From: Giardia intestinalis
Taxonomy: Eukaryota
NCBI GenBank assembly: GCA_000002435.2
Contig: CM018793.1
DNA: 64,000 nucleotides
Direction: 5' to 3' (one strand)
The translations under genes and the position numbers were made by a program. Positions 23,563-32,602 of the stretch are shown piece by piece (within the stretch, counting starts at the first letter, position 1; every line of letters begins with the position of its first letter). The notes below the pieces were generated by a model. It was not told the origin of the DNA and did not search any database. It saw only the letters and a list, made by a program, of their open reading frames with translations.

Positions 23563-25419
23563 TCACGCCTTCCCCCTGCACACGAACCACCAGCAGAGGA
23601 AGCCCACGAGGCCCCCCACGACAGCGATGACAGCCACGGAGATCCCTGCTATGGCACCAGTACTGAGGCCGCTTCTGTTGCCCCCGCTGGGCTTGGTGGA
23701 CACGCACGCCTCACCCTCCAGCCTGTAGTCGTCCCCACACTGGCCGCACTTGTTCTCCTCGCTGCACCTGACGCACCCGTCGATATTGCAGGCGATGCAC
23801 TTCGTTCCGTCTGTGTTCGGCCTCTGGTCTTTACTGGTACAGGCCTCGCACTTATCGCCTGCTCCACAGTGCGAGCATCCGTCAACGGTACATGCGAAGC
23901 ACCCGCTCCCAGCCAGGTTGGGCTTGTTGTTGTTGGTACACGCTGTACACACAGCAGCAGTCATACCAGTCTCAGATGGAGCTGCTGGGGCCGTACATGC
24001 CGAACAGCCATCTACCCCCACATATGCCTTAGAGGTATCACCAGTGCCTACTAGTGTGCCAAGGGAGTTGCTACATGCCAATACAGACTGATTCTGATTG
24101 GTTGCCCCAGGGACTATGAAGTACCTATTGTTGGCATTAACAGCAGTACAGACACCGTTGGCTGCTGTCTTGCACATATGTTGTCCAGGTACTGTATCAA
24201 CCTTGTAACAACCTCCCATATACAAGAAGTAGTTGTTAGTGCATTGTGTACATACACCTTGATCACATTGATTATTTGCTTTAGCACTATTACACTTCCC
24301 ATCTATAGGATACGTATTAGCTTCTCCACAGTATGAGCAATAATGATGCTCTACACCCTTATCATCAATCACTATTGCATCGCAGGCACCAGAAGTTCCT
24401 CCACAGGCAGTATCATCTTCACAGATCTTGGTGCATGTGACAGAGCCAGTACTGCCCTCCTTGCGATAGTTAGGCTTACAGTCAGTGCACTTGAAAGCAC
24501 CGTTGTTAGAGCAGACACTGCAGCCTTCGCGACCCTTATCGTCTACGCTATCGCATGGGACGCACTTCTTCCCCTGTTGATCTGTAGTAGTTACTAAGAA
24601 GTATCCAGTCTTGCAGGTTTCACACTTATTTGGATCACCAGCAACAGAGCATGTGGCACAGTTATCACCACACTTGTCTGTACATGTACTAGTACCACTA
24701 TCAAAGAAGTATCCATCGAGACAGGCTGAGCAGGTTGGATTGTCACTTCCTGTTTTCGTACATGTCTTGCAGTTGGCCTTTCCTTCGTTACCAAGAGTTG
24801 AATCTGTCACATCACTACAAAGAGCACACGTTTTGTCCTCCTTCATAAATAAGGCCTCGTCAGCGCCCTCGCATCCTTCAAGCGTCTTCGCCACGCAGGT
24901 CGATGTCCCGTCGAGGGCCGTCCTGGGGGTCTTATTGGTCCCGCAGTTAGTGCACTTCGGCTTCCCCGTGGCCTTGTCGAAGGAGCATGCCGTGCACTCT
25001 GCGTGTATCGTACTACATGCCTTGCATGTTCCCGACTCCGGGTCAGCATAAGTGTTTCCATCGCATCCAGTATCTTGTACACATTGATTACTCTTCAGGT
25101 ACTTCCCCTCTGGGCACGATGTACAATGATTCTGACCACTTCCATCGCAGGTCAGACAAGCTTCATTACATTTGACACATGTCTGAGAGTTCTTGTAGTA
25201 TCCATCTTGGCACTCTGTACACGTGGCAGGTCCTGGACTACTGTCTGACTTGGTACACTGTGCGCAGTTAGCCACCCCTGTATATCCATCTGCCCCATTG
25301 ACATCATGACAGAGGATGCACTCACTACCAGGCTTCTGAGGTGTAACTGGGTTCTTGAACAGGCCGTTATCTGCTTTACAAGCAGTGCACACTCCTCCCT
25401 CAGCCTTTGTGCATATCAC
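23563..25419 (-). CDS. Variant-specific surface protein (array unit 3). Intact 618-codon body with TM and CRGKA tail, but no ATG and no signal peptide
   Basis: Cys-rich with CXXC repeats and a GGCY motif. The C-terminus is NRSGLSTGAIAGISVAVIAVVGGLVGFLCWWFVCRGKA*. The frame is open only from 25425, preceded by TAG. The first residues WSVICTKAEGGVCTACKADNGLFKNP correspond to residue ~105 of the head VSP. The codon at 25417..25419 is GTG. Confidence 0.85.
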   Translation of the reverse strand: MICTKAEGGVCTACKADNGLFKNPVTPQKPGSECILCHDVNGADGYTGVANCAQCTKSDSSPGPATCTECQDGYYKNSQTCVKCNEACLTCDGSGQNHCTSCPEGKYLKSNQCVQDTGCDGNTYADPESGTCKACSTIHAECTACSFDKATGKPKCTNCGTNKTPRTALDGTSTCVAKTLEGCEGADEALFMKEDKTCALCSDVTDSTLGNEGKANCKTCTKTGSDNPTCSACLDGYFFDSGTSTCTDKCGDNCATCSVAGDPNKCETCKTGYFLVTTTDQQGKKCVPCDSVDDKGREGCSVCSNNGAFKCTDCKPNYRKEGSTGSVTCTKICEDDTACGGTSGACDAIVIDDKGVEHHYCSYCGEANTYPIDGKCNSAKANNQCDQGVCTQCTNNYFLYMGGCYKVDTVPGQHMCKTAANGVCTAVNANNRYFIVPGATNQNQSVLACSNSLGTLVGTGDTSKAYVGVDGCSACTAPAAPSETGMTAAVCTACTNNNKPNLAGSGCFACTVDGCSHCGAGDKCEACTSKDQRPNTDGTKCIACNIDGCVRCSEENKCGQCGDDYRLEGEACVSTKPSGGNRSGLSTGAIAGISVAVIAVVGGLVGFLCWWFVCRGKA

Positions 25420-25494
25420 ACTCCACTATCACTATCACCCATTATCACCCACTATCACCTTCTATCACACATTGTACAGCATTCACTACCTAAG
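25420..25494 (-). repeat. VSP inter-unit junction element J3 (five GTGATAG-like heptamers)
   Basis: Minus strand reads TGA-cttaggtAGTGAATgctgtacaatgtgtgatagaaggtgatagtgggtgataatgggtgatagtgatagtggagtgtgATATGCACAAAGG. Confidence 0.85.
25481..25487 (-). terminator. Poly(A) signal AGTGAAT for the 1024-aa VSP
   Basis: AGTGAAT lies 7 nt downstream of the TGA stop at 25495..25497. Confidence 0.65.
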
Positions 25495-28400
25495 TCACGC
25501 CTTCCCTCTACATATGAACCACCAGCAGAGGAAGCCCACGAGGCCCCCCACGACAACGACCACAGCCACGGAGATGCCCGCGATGGCCCCCGTGGAGAGC
25601 CCGCTCTTGTTGACGCTTCCGCCGGTGTTGTCGCCAGTGCCGTCGCCCATCACGAAGCACATGAACGCACCGGTGGATGACACCGTGCACTGCCTGCACC
25701 CAGCGAGCCCCTCAGAGCACGGATTACACTTTGTCCCAGCACTCTGCGGTTTGTAATATCCAGTGCTGCATGTAGCACAGGCGTTAGCGTCGTTAGCAGC
25801 CGTGCATGTCTCGCAGCTAAGATGGCACCTTTTATTGGAACAATCGCCATTATCAGCCGTTAGACCACTGGCACATTTTGTACATTTTCCTCCCTGCACT
25901 GTAGTACACACTTGCTTGCCAGGCTGTCTATCTGTCTGATAGCAACCGCCATCTTTGAGGAAGTAGTTATTTTCACATTGAGTGCATGCTCCATTACTCA
26001 CCGTAGTGCAAAATCGTGTTCGCGTATTGGCCGCACAGTTGCCATCCAGTGGTGCCTGTTGAGTGTTCTTGCACTTTGAGCAGTATGCAGTTCCTCCTAT
26101 CTGAGCCCCACACTCTGCGCATCCATCGTTTGTAGAACTCACGCTGCACTGGTTCATGCACGTGCCCCCATTGGCAGGAGTATCAGCATCTGTATACTGA
26201 AGCATCCTCCCAGCAGGACAAGCCGTACACTTATCAGCGCCCTCACCCTTGCACTCTACGCACGCATCGTTGCACTTCTTGCACTTTCTGTCAGTGTCAT
26301 TTCCGTAGTAGCCCTTGAGGGTCGTGCAGTCAGATACGCATTGACTGGTTGGGGTGAGGTAGTACTCAGACAGACACTTTGTACAGACCTCCTTATCGGC
26401 ACCTTCACTGGTGCACTCCAAACAGTGCTCTGTGTTACAGTTACTGATTGGTTGGCATTCAGTCGATTCAGTATTAGGTTGGAGTCCTTCGTTGCACTCG
26501 CACACTTGGCTATCCTGTCCGGTGGCCTTGGGGGTAGAGTTAGCAGGGCAACTAGCAACGCACGACTTTCTGTTGAGACCAAAGATGGTCTTCGTATCAG
26601 TCGTACACGTCTTACAAACCACTCCGTTGGCGCCTTTCTCACAAGTGGTGCAGTCAGTTGTTCCAGCCGACACACATGTATTGCACTCCTTTGCTTCTTC
26701 ATCAACGTAGTGGGTTGCCGGACAACCAGCTGTGTCAACGCACGTGCCGGTTGTGGACTCGCCATCCTTCTTCAGGTACTTCTTGGTCCCAGACGTTTTA
26801 CACAGGCTGCACTTCTGTTGCTCCTTGGCCACGCACACAGCGCAATTATCATCTGCACACGCGGTGCACTTCTTCTCGGTAGCGTCGATGAAGAAGCCCT
26901 CCTCATTAGTACACGCCTCTGCGCTAACACAGCTGGGTGCATCGCCAGCTTTAAAGTAGAATCCATCAACACACTCCCCACATATATTGTCCACCACACA
27001 GCTCTTGCAATCACCCACAGAGCATGTCACACACCCACTGCCGTCCTTGTTGGGCACCTTACCACTGTCACAGGAGGTACACACAGCGGCAGTCATACCA
27101 CCATCAGACAGAGCTGTTGGGGCCGTGCATGCTGAGCAGTTGAGTACCCCAACGTATGCCTTAGCATTGTCTTGAGTACCTATTAGTGTGCCTAATGGGT
27201 TACCACATGCTAGTACAGACTGCTGAGCATTGGTTGCCTCTGGGACTACGAAGTATCTATTGTTGGCCGCTTCTGTGCATATCCCAGTATTACCTGCTGT
27301 CTTGCACATATGACTACCTGGTTCTTGACCAACCTTGTAACAGCCATTCATGTATAAGAAGTACCCTTGAGCACACTGTGTACATGTATGACTGTTACAA
27401 GTATTACCTTTCTTATCAGTAGCACAGATGCCATCAATTGGTACCTTAGTACTCTCCCCACAGTATGAGCAATAGTGAAGCTCCTTTCCATCAGCACCGA
27501 TCACTATGGCATCACAAGAGCCAGCTGTCCCCCCACAAGCAGTCTCATCCTCGCAGGTCTTCTCTGTGCATGTATAGTTGTCTGAGGTTCCAACGGGCTT
27601 CCTGTTAGGCTTGCACTTTGTACACTTGAGGGATCCTGCAGGACCAGTGCACTCAGCACATCCATCGATGCCCTCCTGTGCATTATCACAAGGAAGGCAC
27701 TCACCAGTAGGACCACTGCCTTTCATGAAGAATCCAGGCTTGCATTTAGTACACTGATTATTGCCAGCTTGAGTGCAGGTGGCGCAATTCTCGCCACAGA
27801 CTGTGCATGTAGCGGTACCACTACCACTATTTGCGCTATTGTAGTATCCGTCGAGGCATGTCTTGCACTGAGGATTTGTACCAGAATTAGCTTTAGAGCA
27901 TGTGCTACAACCAAGAACACCTGTATTGCCAGGGGTTGAATCTACATTATTACTGCAGAGAATGCACTTTTTGTTCGGTTCAGTTAGAAAGTTCGGACCA
28001 TCGTTCCCGTTTTGGGTACAAGCCCCCTCAGCAATGCAGGTGGTCGTCCCGTCGGCCTCTTCTTTGACTATCTTACCAGTACATGTCAGGCACTTCGGCT
28101 TCTGCAGCGTCGTATCATACTCACATGTGTCGCATCCATCTATCCCCACTTCTTGAGCGTTACAAGCTGTGCACTTGCCGGTGCTTGGGTCGGGGTACTT
28201 ATTTCCAGTGCATTGACCAGCCTCTACGCAAGTGTTAGTATCAGTCTTCAGGAACGTATTTCCCTTACAAGAGGTACAGTGGGTCGCCTCAGTCTCACAG
28301 GTGGCACAGTTCCCTTGGCACTTCTCACATGTCTGAGCGTTCTTATAGTATCCATCTCTGCAGGTATCACACGTGGCCGCTCCTGGACTACCACTTGGTG

Positions 28401-28569
28401 CCGTACATGTGGCGCAGTTAGCCACCCCTGTATATCCATCTGCCCCATTGACATCATGACAGAGGATGCACTCGCTACCCTTCTCTGGTGTTGCAGCCGG
28501 GTTCTTGAACAGGCCGTTATCTGCCTTACAAGCAGTGCACACTCCACTACTGGCCTTTGTGCATATCAC
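25495..28569 (-). CDS. Variant-specific surface protein (array unit 2). Intact 1024-codon body with TM and CRGKA tail, but no ATG and no signal peptide
   Basis: It is about 12% Cys, with CXXC repeats. It ends ...NKSGLSTGAIAGISVAVVVVVGGLVGFLCWWFICRGKA*. It begins with (GTG)ICTKASSGVCTACKADNGLFKNPAATPEKGSECILC directly after junction J4. Confidence 0.85.
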   Translation of the reverse strand: MICTKASSGVCTACKADNGLFKNPAATPEKGSECILCHDVNGADGYTGVANCATCTAPSGSPGAATCDTCRDGYYKNAQTCEKCQGNCATCETEATHCTSCKGNTFLKTDTNTCVEAGQCTGNKYPDPSTGKCTACNAQEVGIDGCDTCEYDTTLQKPKCLTCTGKIVKEEADGTTTCIAEGACTQNGNDGPNFLTEPNKKCILCSNNVDSTPGNTGVLGCSTCSKANSGTNPQCKTCLDGYYNSANSGSGTATCTVCGENCATCTQAGNNQCTKCKPGFFMKGSGPTGECLPCDNAQEGIDGCAECTGPAGSLKCTKCKPNRKPVGTSDNYTCTEKTCEDETACGGTAGSCDAIVIGADGKELHYCSYCGESTKVPIDGICATDKKGNTCNSHTCTQCAQGYFLYMNGCYKVGQEPGSHMCKTAGNTGICTEAANNRYFVVPEATNAQQSVLACGNPLGTLIGTQDNAKAYVGVLNCSACTAPTALSDGGMTAAVCTSCDSGKVPNKDGSGCVTCSVGDCKSCVVDNICGECVDGFYFKAGDAPSCVSAEACTNEEGFFIDATEKKCTACADDNCAVCVAKEQQKCSLCKTSGTKKYLKKDGESTTGTCVDTAGCPATHYVDEEAKECNTCVSAGTTDCTTCEKGANGVVCKTCTTDTKTIFGLNRKSCVASCPANSTPKATGQDSQVCECNEGLQPNTESTECQPISNCNTEHCLECTSEGADKEVCTKCLSEYYLTPTSQCVSDCTTLKGYYGNDTDRKCKKCNDACVECKGEGADKCTACPAGRMLQYTDADTPANGGTCMNQCSVSSTNDGCAECGAQIGGTAYCSKCKNTQQAPLDGNCAANTRTRFCTTVSNGACTQCENNYFLKDGGCYQTDRQPGKQVCTTVQGGKCTKCASGLTADNGDCSNKRCHLSCETCTAANDANACATCSTGYYKPQSAGTKCNPCSEGLAGCRQCTVSSTGAFMCFVMGDGTGDNTGGSVNKSGLSTGAIAGISVAVVVVVGGLVGFLCWWFICRGKA

Positions 28570-28638
28570 ACTCCACTATCACCCTCTATCACCCATTATC
28601 ACACACTATCACACATTGTATAGCATTCACTACCTGAG
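28570..28638 (-). repeat. VSP inter-unit junction element J4 (four heptamers)
   Basis: Minus strand reads TGA-ctcaggtAGTGAATgctatacaatgtgtgatagtgtgtgataatgggtgatagagggtgatagtggagtgtgATATGCACAAAGG. Confidence 0.85.
28625..28631 (-). terminator. Poly(A) signal AGTGAAT for the head VSP
   Basis: AGTGAAT lies 7 nt downstream of the TGA stop at 28639..28641. Confidence 0.65.
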
Positions 28639-30885
28639 TCATGCCTTCCCTCTACATATGAACCACCAGCAGAGGAAGCCCACGAGGCCCCCCACGACGA
28701 CGACCACAGCGACGGAGATCCCCGCGATGGCCCCCGTGGAGAGCCCGCTCCTGTTGGTGCCAGAGGACACACACATGCCATCCCTCGGGACATAGCCCTC
28801 CTCGCACTCCCCGCAGACGCCCTCTGCGCTGCACCGCATGCACCTCTCTATGTCACAGACAATGCACTGGGTGCCGTCCAGGCTGGGTCTCTGGTCTTTA
28901 TTGGTACATGCCTCACACTTGTTGTCTGCGCTGCAGTGAGAGCAGCCCTGGGCCGGACACACATAGCAGGTGCTTCCAGCCATGTTGGGCTTCTTATTGT
29001 CCTCAGCACACACCTCGCACATCCCGTCGATGGCGCAGCTCTTGCACCCGCCGACCGCACACAGGGTGCACCCGCTGCCATCCTTGTTGGGCTTCTTCGT
29101 CTTGTCGCACGCACTACAGACCGCCGCGGCCATCGCATTGGCGGCTGGCGCCTGCGGGGCCGCGCACGCCGTGCAGTCTAGCACGCCGACGTACGCCTTG
29201 TCGCCCGCGGTCGCTCCCACAGGGTTGCCACAGGCAAGCACGGACTGCTGAGCAGCAGAGTCCCCAGGAATCTTGAAGTAGCGCCCGACCGGTGTGGTGC
29301 AGAACCCACTTGGAGCCGCAGAGCACATGAGGTTGCCAGGAGCCTTCGACACATCATAGCAACCACCCATATAGAGGAAGTAGTTGTTGGTGCACCGCGT
29401 ACATACGCCATCGGCGCAGGTATTACCTGCAAGTGCATTGGTGCACTTCCCATTAATAGGGCCATAGCCGGCGCCAACACACTTTGAACAGTAAGAGAGC
29501 ATGCTGCCGTCGTTGCCGACCACGATGGCGTCGCAGGCCCCTGCTGTCCCCCCGCATGCAGTCTCATCTTCACAGGTCTTTGTACACGTATAGTCATCCC
29601 CTGCTCCTCCATTGGACTGCTTCTTATAGTTAGGCTTACATTCAGTGCACTTAAATCCACCGTTGCTAGAACATAGACTGCACCCTTCGCGGCCACCATC
29701 TGGTGTACTGTCGCATGCAGCACACTTCGTTTCACCCTCGGTTTTTAGGAAGTACCCAGGAAGGCACTCAGTACAAGTTGACACATCAGCTGACGTGCAG
29801 GTGGCACAGTTGGAGGCACAAGCCGAACAAGTCTTTGATGACTGTTCAAAGAAGTATCCATCCAAACAACTTGTGCATTCTGGTTTCTGACTTTGCTGCT
29901 TAGTACATGTCTTACACCCGGCAATCCCCTTATCGTTTGCGCCAGCGCCAGGGGACGCATCGCCGCAAAGGGCGCATGTGGTATCGTCCTTCATAAATAA
30001 GGCCCCGTCAGCGCCCTTGCACCCGTCAAGCGTTTTATCGACGCAGGTCGAGGTCCCATCAAGGGTCGTCCTGGGGGTCTTCTGACTACCGCAGGCTGTG
30101 CACTGAGGCTTCCCCGTGGCCTTGTCGAAGGAGCATTCTGTGCAATCAGTTATTGTACTACATGCCTTGCACTTCCCCGACTCTGGGTCAGGATAAACGG
30201 TGTTTGTGCATTCTCCTTCTGCCACACAGCTATTGCCGTCCTTCAGATAGAAGCCCGCTTTACAAGAGGTACACTGGGTCGCCGATGTCTCACAAGTGGC
30301 GCAGTTCCCCTGGCATTGTACACATGCGCCTTTAGCATCTTTATAATATCCATCTTGGCATTCTGTACACGTGGCAGCCCCCTTGTTACTGTCTGACTTG
30401 GTACACTGTGCGCAGTTCTCTACTCCCGTATATCCATCTGCTCCCTTGATATCAGAGCACAGGATGCACTCACTACCAGGCTTCGGTGCTGTAGCCGGGT
30501 TCTTGAACAGGCCGTTATCTGTCTTACAAGTAGTACACACTCCATCACTGGCCTTTGTACATATCTCACTGCCAGGATCTTGTCCTACCTTGTAGCACCC
30601 TCCCATGAAGAGGAAGTACCCGTCGCCGCACTTCCCGCAGGTGGTTGCCGTCTTGTCGAGGGTAGCCCCGTCTTCCTCGGTGCACCCGGCTGCCGCGGCC
30701 TGGGGGGAGCCGGGGGGCCAGCAGAAGCCGTCGACCGGGACGCCCCCGGCCCTGCACTGGGTGCAAATCTCGGTGGCCCCGACCGTCTCGCACTTATTCT
30801 GTGCGCAGGTCGCTGTATGGTTCCCGTCTGGCTGGCAGGCCGCCATGAGCGCGCTCGCCACGAACAGGGGTATCAGTTGGAACAT
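28639..30885 (-). CDS. Variant-specific surface protein, complete. Head gene of the array, with signal peptide, Cys-rich ectodomain, TM and CRGKA tail
   Basis: The first in-frame ATG is at 30885 (MFQLIPLFVASALMAACQPDGNHTATC...), a hydrophobic signal peptide. The 811-codon tool ORF starts upstream at a GTG inside GC-rich non-coding DNA. The C-terminus is ...NRSGLSTGAIAGISVAVVVVVGGLVGFLCWWFICRGKA*. 748 aa. Confidence 0.9.
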   Translation of the reverse strand: MFQLIPLFVASALMAACQPDGNHTATCAQNKCETVGATEICTQCRAGGVPVDGFCWPPGSPQAAAAGCTEEDGATLDKTATTCGKCGDGYFLFMGGCYKVGQDPGSEICTKASDGVCTTCKTDNGLFKNPATAPKPGSECILCSDIKGADGYTGVENCAQCTKSDSNKGAATCTECQDGYYKDAKGACVQCQGNCATCETSATQCTSCKAGFYLKDGNSCVAEGECTNTVYPDPESGKCKACSTITDCTECSFDKATGKPQCTACGSQKTPRTTLDGTSTCVDKTLDGCKGADGALFMKDDTTCALCGDASPGAGANDKGIAGCKTCTKQQSQKPECTSCLDGYFFEQSSKTCSACASNCATCTSADVSTCTECLPGYFLKTEGETKCAACDSTPDGGREGCSLCSSNGGFKCTECKPNYKKQSNGGAGDDYTCTKTCEDETACGGTAGACDAIVVGNDGSMLSYCSKCVGAGYGPINGKCTNALAGNTCADGVCTRCTNNYFLYMGGCYDVSKAPGNLMCSAAPSGFCTTPVGRYFKIPGDSAAQQSVLACGNPVGATAGDKAYVGVLDCTACAAPQAPAANAMAAAVCSACDKTKKPNKDGSGCTLCAVGGCKSCAIDGMCEVCAEDNKKPNMAGSTCYVCPAQGCSHCSADNKCEACTNKDQRPSLDGTQCIVCDIERCMRCSAEGVCGECEEGYVPRDGMCVSSGTNRSGLSTGAIAGISVAVVVVVGGLVGFLCWWFICRGKA

Positions 30886-31074
30886 TAGAGGGTCCCCTGC
30901 TGTGGCCTCTACCCCGTCTGTGGCTACCCAGCACGGCACACGGGGGGAGCGCTGTTCCACCCCTGCCTTGGAGGCCCCTGTCTCGACTCGGCCCACAGCA
31001 CCAGAGCGTGGTGGTCTTCCACTCTTGGGCGCCGCACAGCCCGTCTCCGTGCCCAAGCGGCTCACCCCAGGCAC

Positions 31075-31900
31075 TCATACGACGGAGACCCCCGCGGCAG
31101 TGCTACCGGCAGGCGGGCTGTGCTGATGTCCGGCCCGGCGCAGAGCTCAGAGGGCTCAGAAGGTCATGGCTCCTTTGGTGTCTGCTATGTCATTCTCCTT
31201 GCTCGGTTGACATGCGCGCTGCTAAGAGGGCCCTCATTCACTCGAGCTCATGCCCCCCTGTGGTGACTCTGCTCGACCATCAGCGAGGGTCCCGGTCCTC
31301 CTCCCAATAGGCCGGCCTCAGGTCCCCCGTGATCTGCCAGACCGGGCAGAGCGATCGCGGCGCCCATCAGAGCCTGAGCCGACGGGGCCCGCAGTGCAGT
31401 GCGCCTGGACCCACGGAGATCGTTCACCCGCCCAGTGGGCCACAGCTTCCCCTGCCCTGCTGACAGTCCTCCAGCGAGGGGCATGTCGTTGTGGGGCAGT
31501 CTTCTCGTCCTGCCGTGCACACAGGGCCCAACCGGTGGCCGTCGGACAGTCCCGATGGCATGCCTGAAGCCCCGCCACGGCAAGAGGGCAGCACACGGGG
31601 CGGCCCCTACGCTGCTACAGATTGCAATGGCAGCAGAGACCCCCTGCCCGAGAGGCCCGTGCATTGGCTGTGGCGGCCATCCACTCCATGCGGGCCCGGT
31701 GCGGCGCTCCTGGAGAGCCCTTGCCTCCGGTGGTGCTGACAGGGCTCCCGAGGTACTAAGGCGTCAGACGAGGGACGGGGCCGAGCAGGACTCCCGGCCC
31801 GCATGCAGATGTCTCTGCTGTCTGCCCGGTCCTGTAGAGACCCGAGCCACCAGACATCTACATCTCGGATGGCGGTGCTTCGGGCTACCTAAGACGACCC
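31075..31900. other. GC-rich non-coding block upstream of the head VSP
   Basis: About 0.8 kb is markedly GC-rich compared with its flanks. Only short mutually overlapping ORFs occur on both strands. No Cys-rich or otherwise recognisable protein signature is present. Confidence 0.5.
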
Positions 31901-32602
31901 TCCAGTCGCTAGACTCCCTCTGAGTCTAAATCGTTGTCTGCAAGGTGAATAGCAACTACATAGAATATTGGCAGCTGTAGAGTACTTAGCTGTTGGCGCA
32001 ATGCTTTATGATACATGTTGTGTAGTTGCTAGTTGTCTGCGCACGGTAGCTATTCCTGTATGCCTCACTCTGTAATGGGTGAGATGATAAAAGTAGGAGA
32101 AACTGGAAGGTAGTTGTGCAGGTAGTTTGGAGACTTCATTCTAGGAAGCGTCTACATGCTCCAAAGAAGCTGTGCAGACGTTGAAGCAAAGTGGGAGCGC
32201 TCTCTTCTATCACACTCTAGAGGGATGCGCCCCGTGAAAGATAGCTCTTCTGAAGTCACGGAATCTTTGCTCTGTGACTACATTCTCGCGCCTGCAACCC
32301 TCATTTTCATCTGAAGGCACGTTAGCCGTTAGCTTCTCCAGGCTTGCTCATTGGCTTTCTGAAAAAGGCATGAAAGGTGAGCTCTTCTGCTACTAAACTA
32401 TGCTACATAAGTACCAGAGCAAAGGTGCAGCAATAACTGGGTCATAGCTTGAATTTCACTTCGAGGATAGAATTCAAGAACGGTAATGTGGATCGAAGTA
32501 AAGCTCTAGTTACGTACGCGACATCCACATCTTATACAAGCATCGATGGTGCAGTAATAGCGTAGTCACGCACTAAATGTGAATATTTACTACACTGTGT
32601 AC

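Noticed and set aside
26341-27135. Long plus-strand ORFs inside the VSP array (26341..27135 264 aa; 28012..28623; 24611..25051; 23312..23728; 22774..23235; 30605..31126) and the out-of-frame minus ORF 22188..23162
   Set aside because: They are antisense or off-frame to the Cys-rich VSP frames. Cys codons TGC/TGT read as GCA/ACA on the opposite strand and avoid stops. The predicted proteins are low-complexity A/S/T/L-rich with no domain signature. Where ATG-less, the tool's starts are GTG/TTG alternative codons.
31008-31923. Multiple 80–170 aa ORFs on both strands in the GC-rich block upstream of the head VSP (including the 63-codon 5' extension MPGVSRLG... of the head VSP ORF)
   Set aside because: They overlap one another in several frames, as expected by chance in GC-rich DNA. 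The VSP's first true ATG with a signal peptide is at 30885. The upstream extension begins at a GTG.
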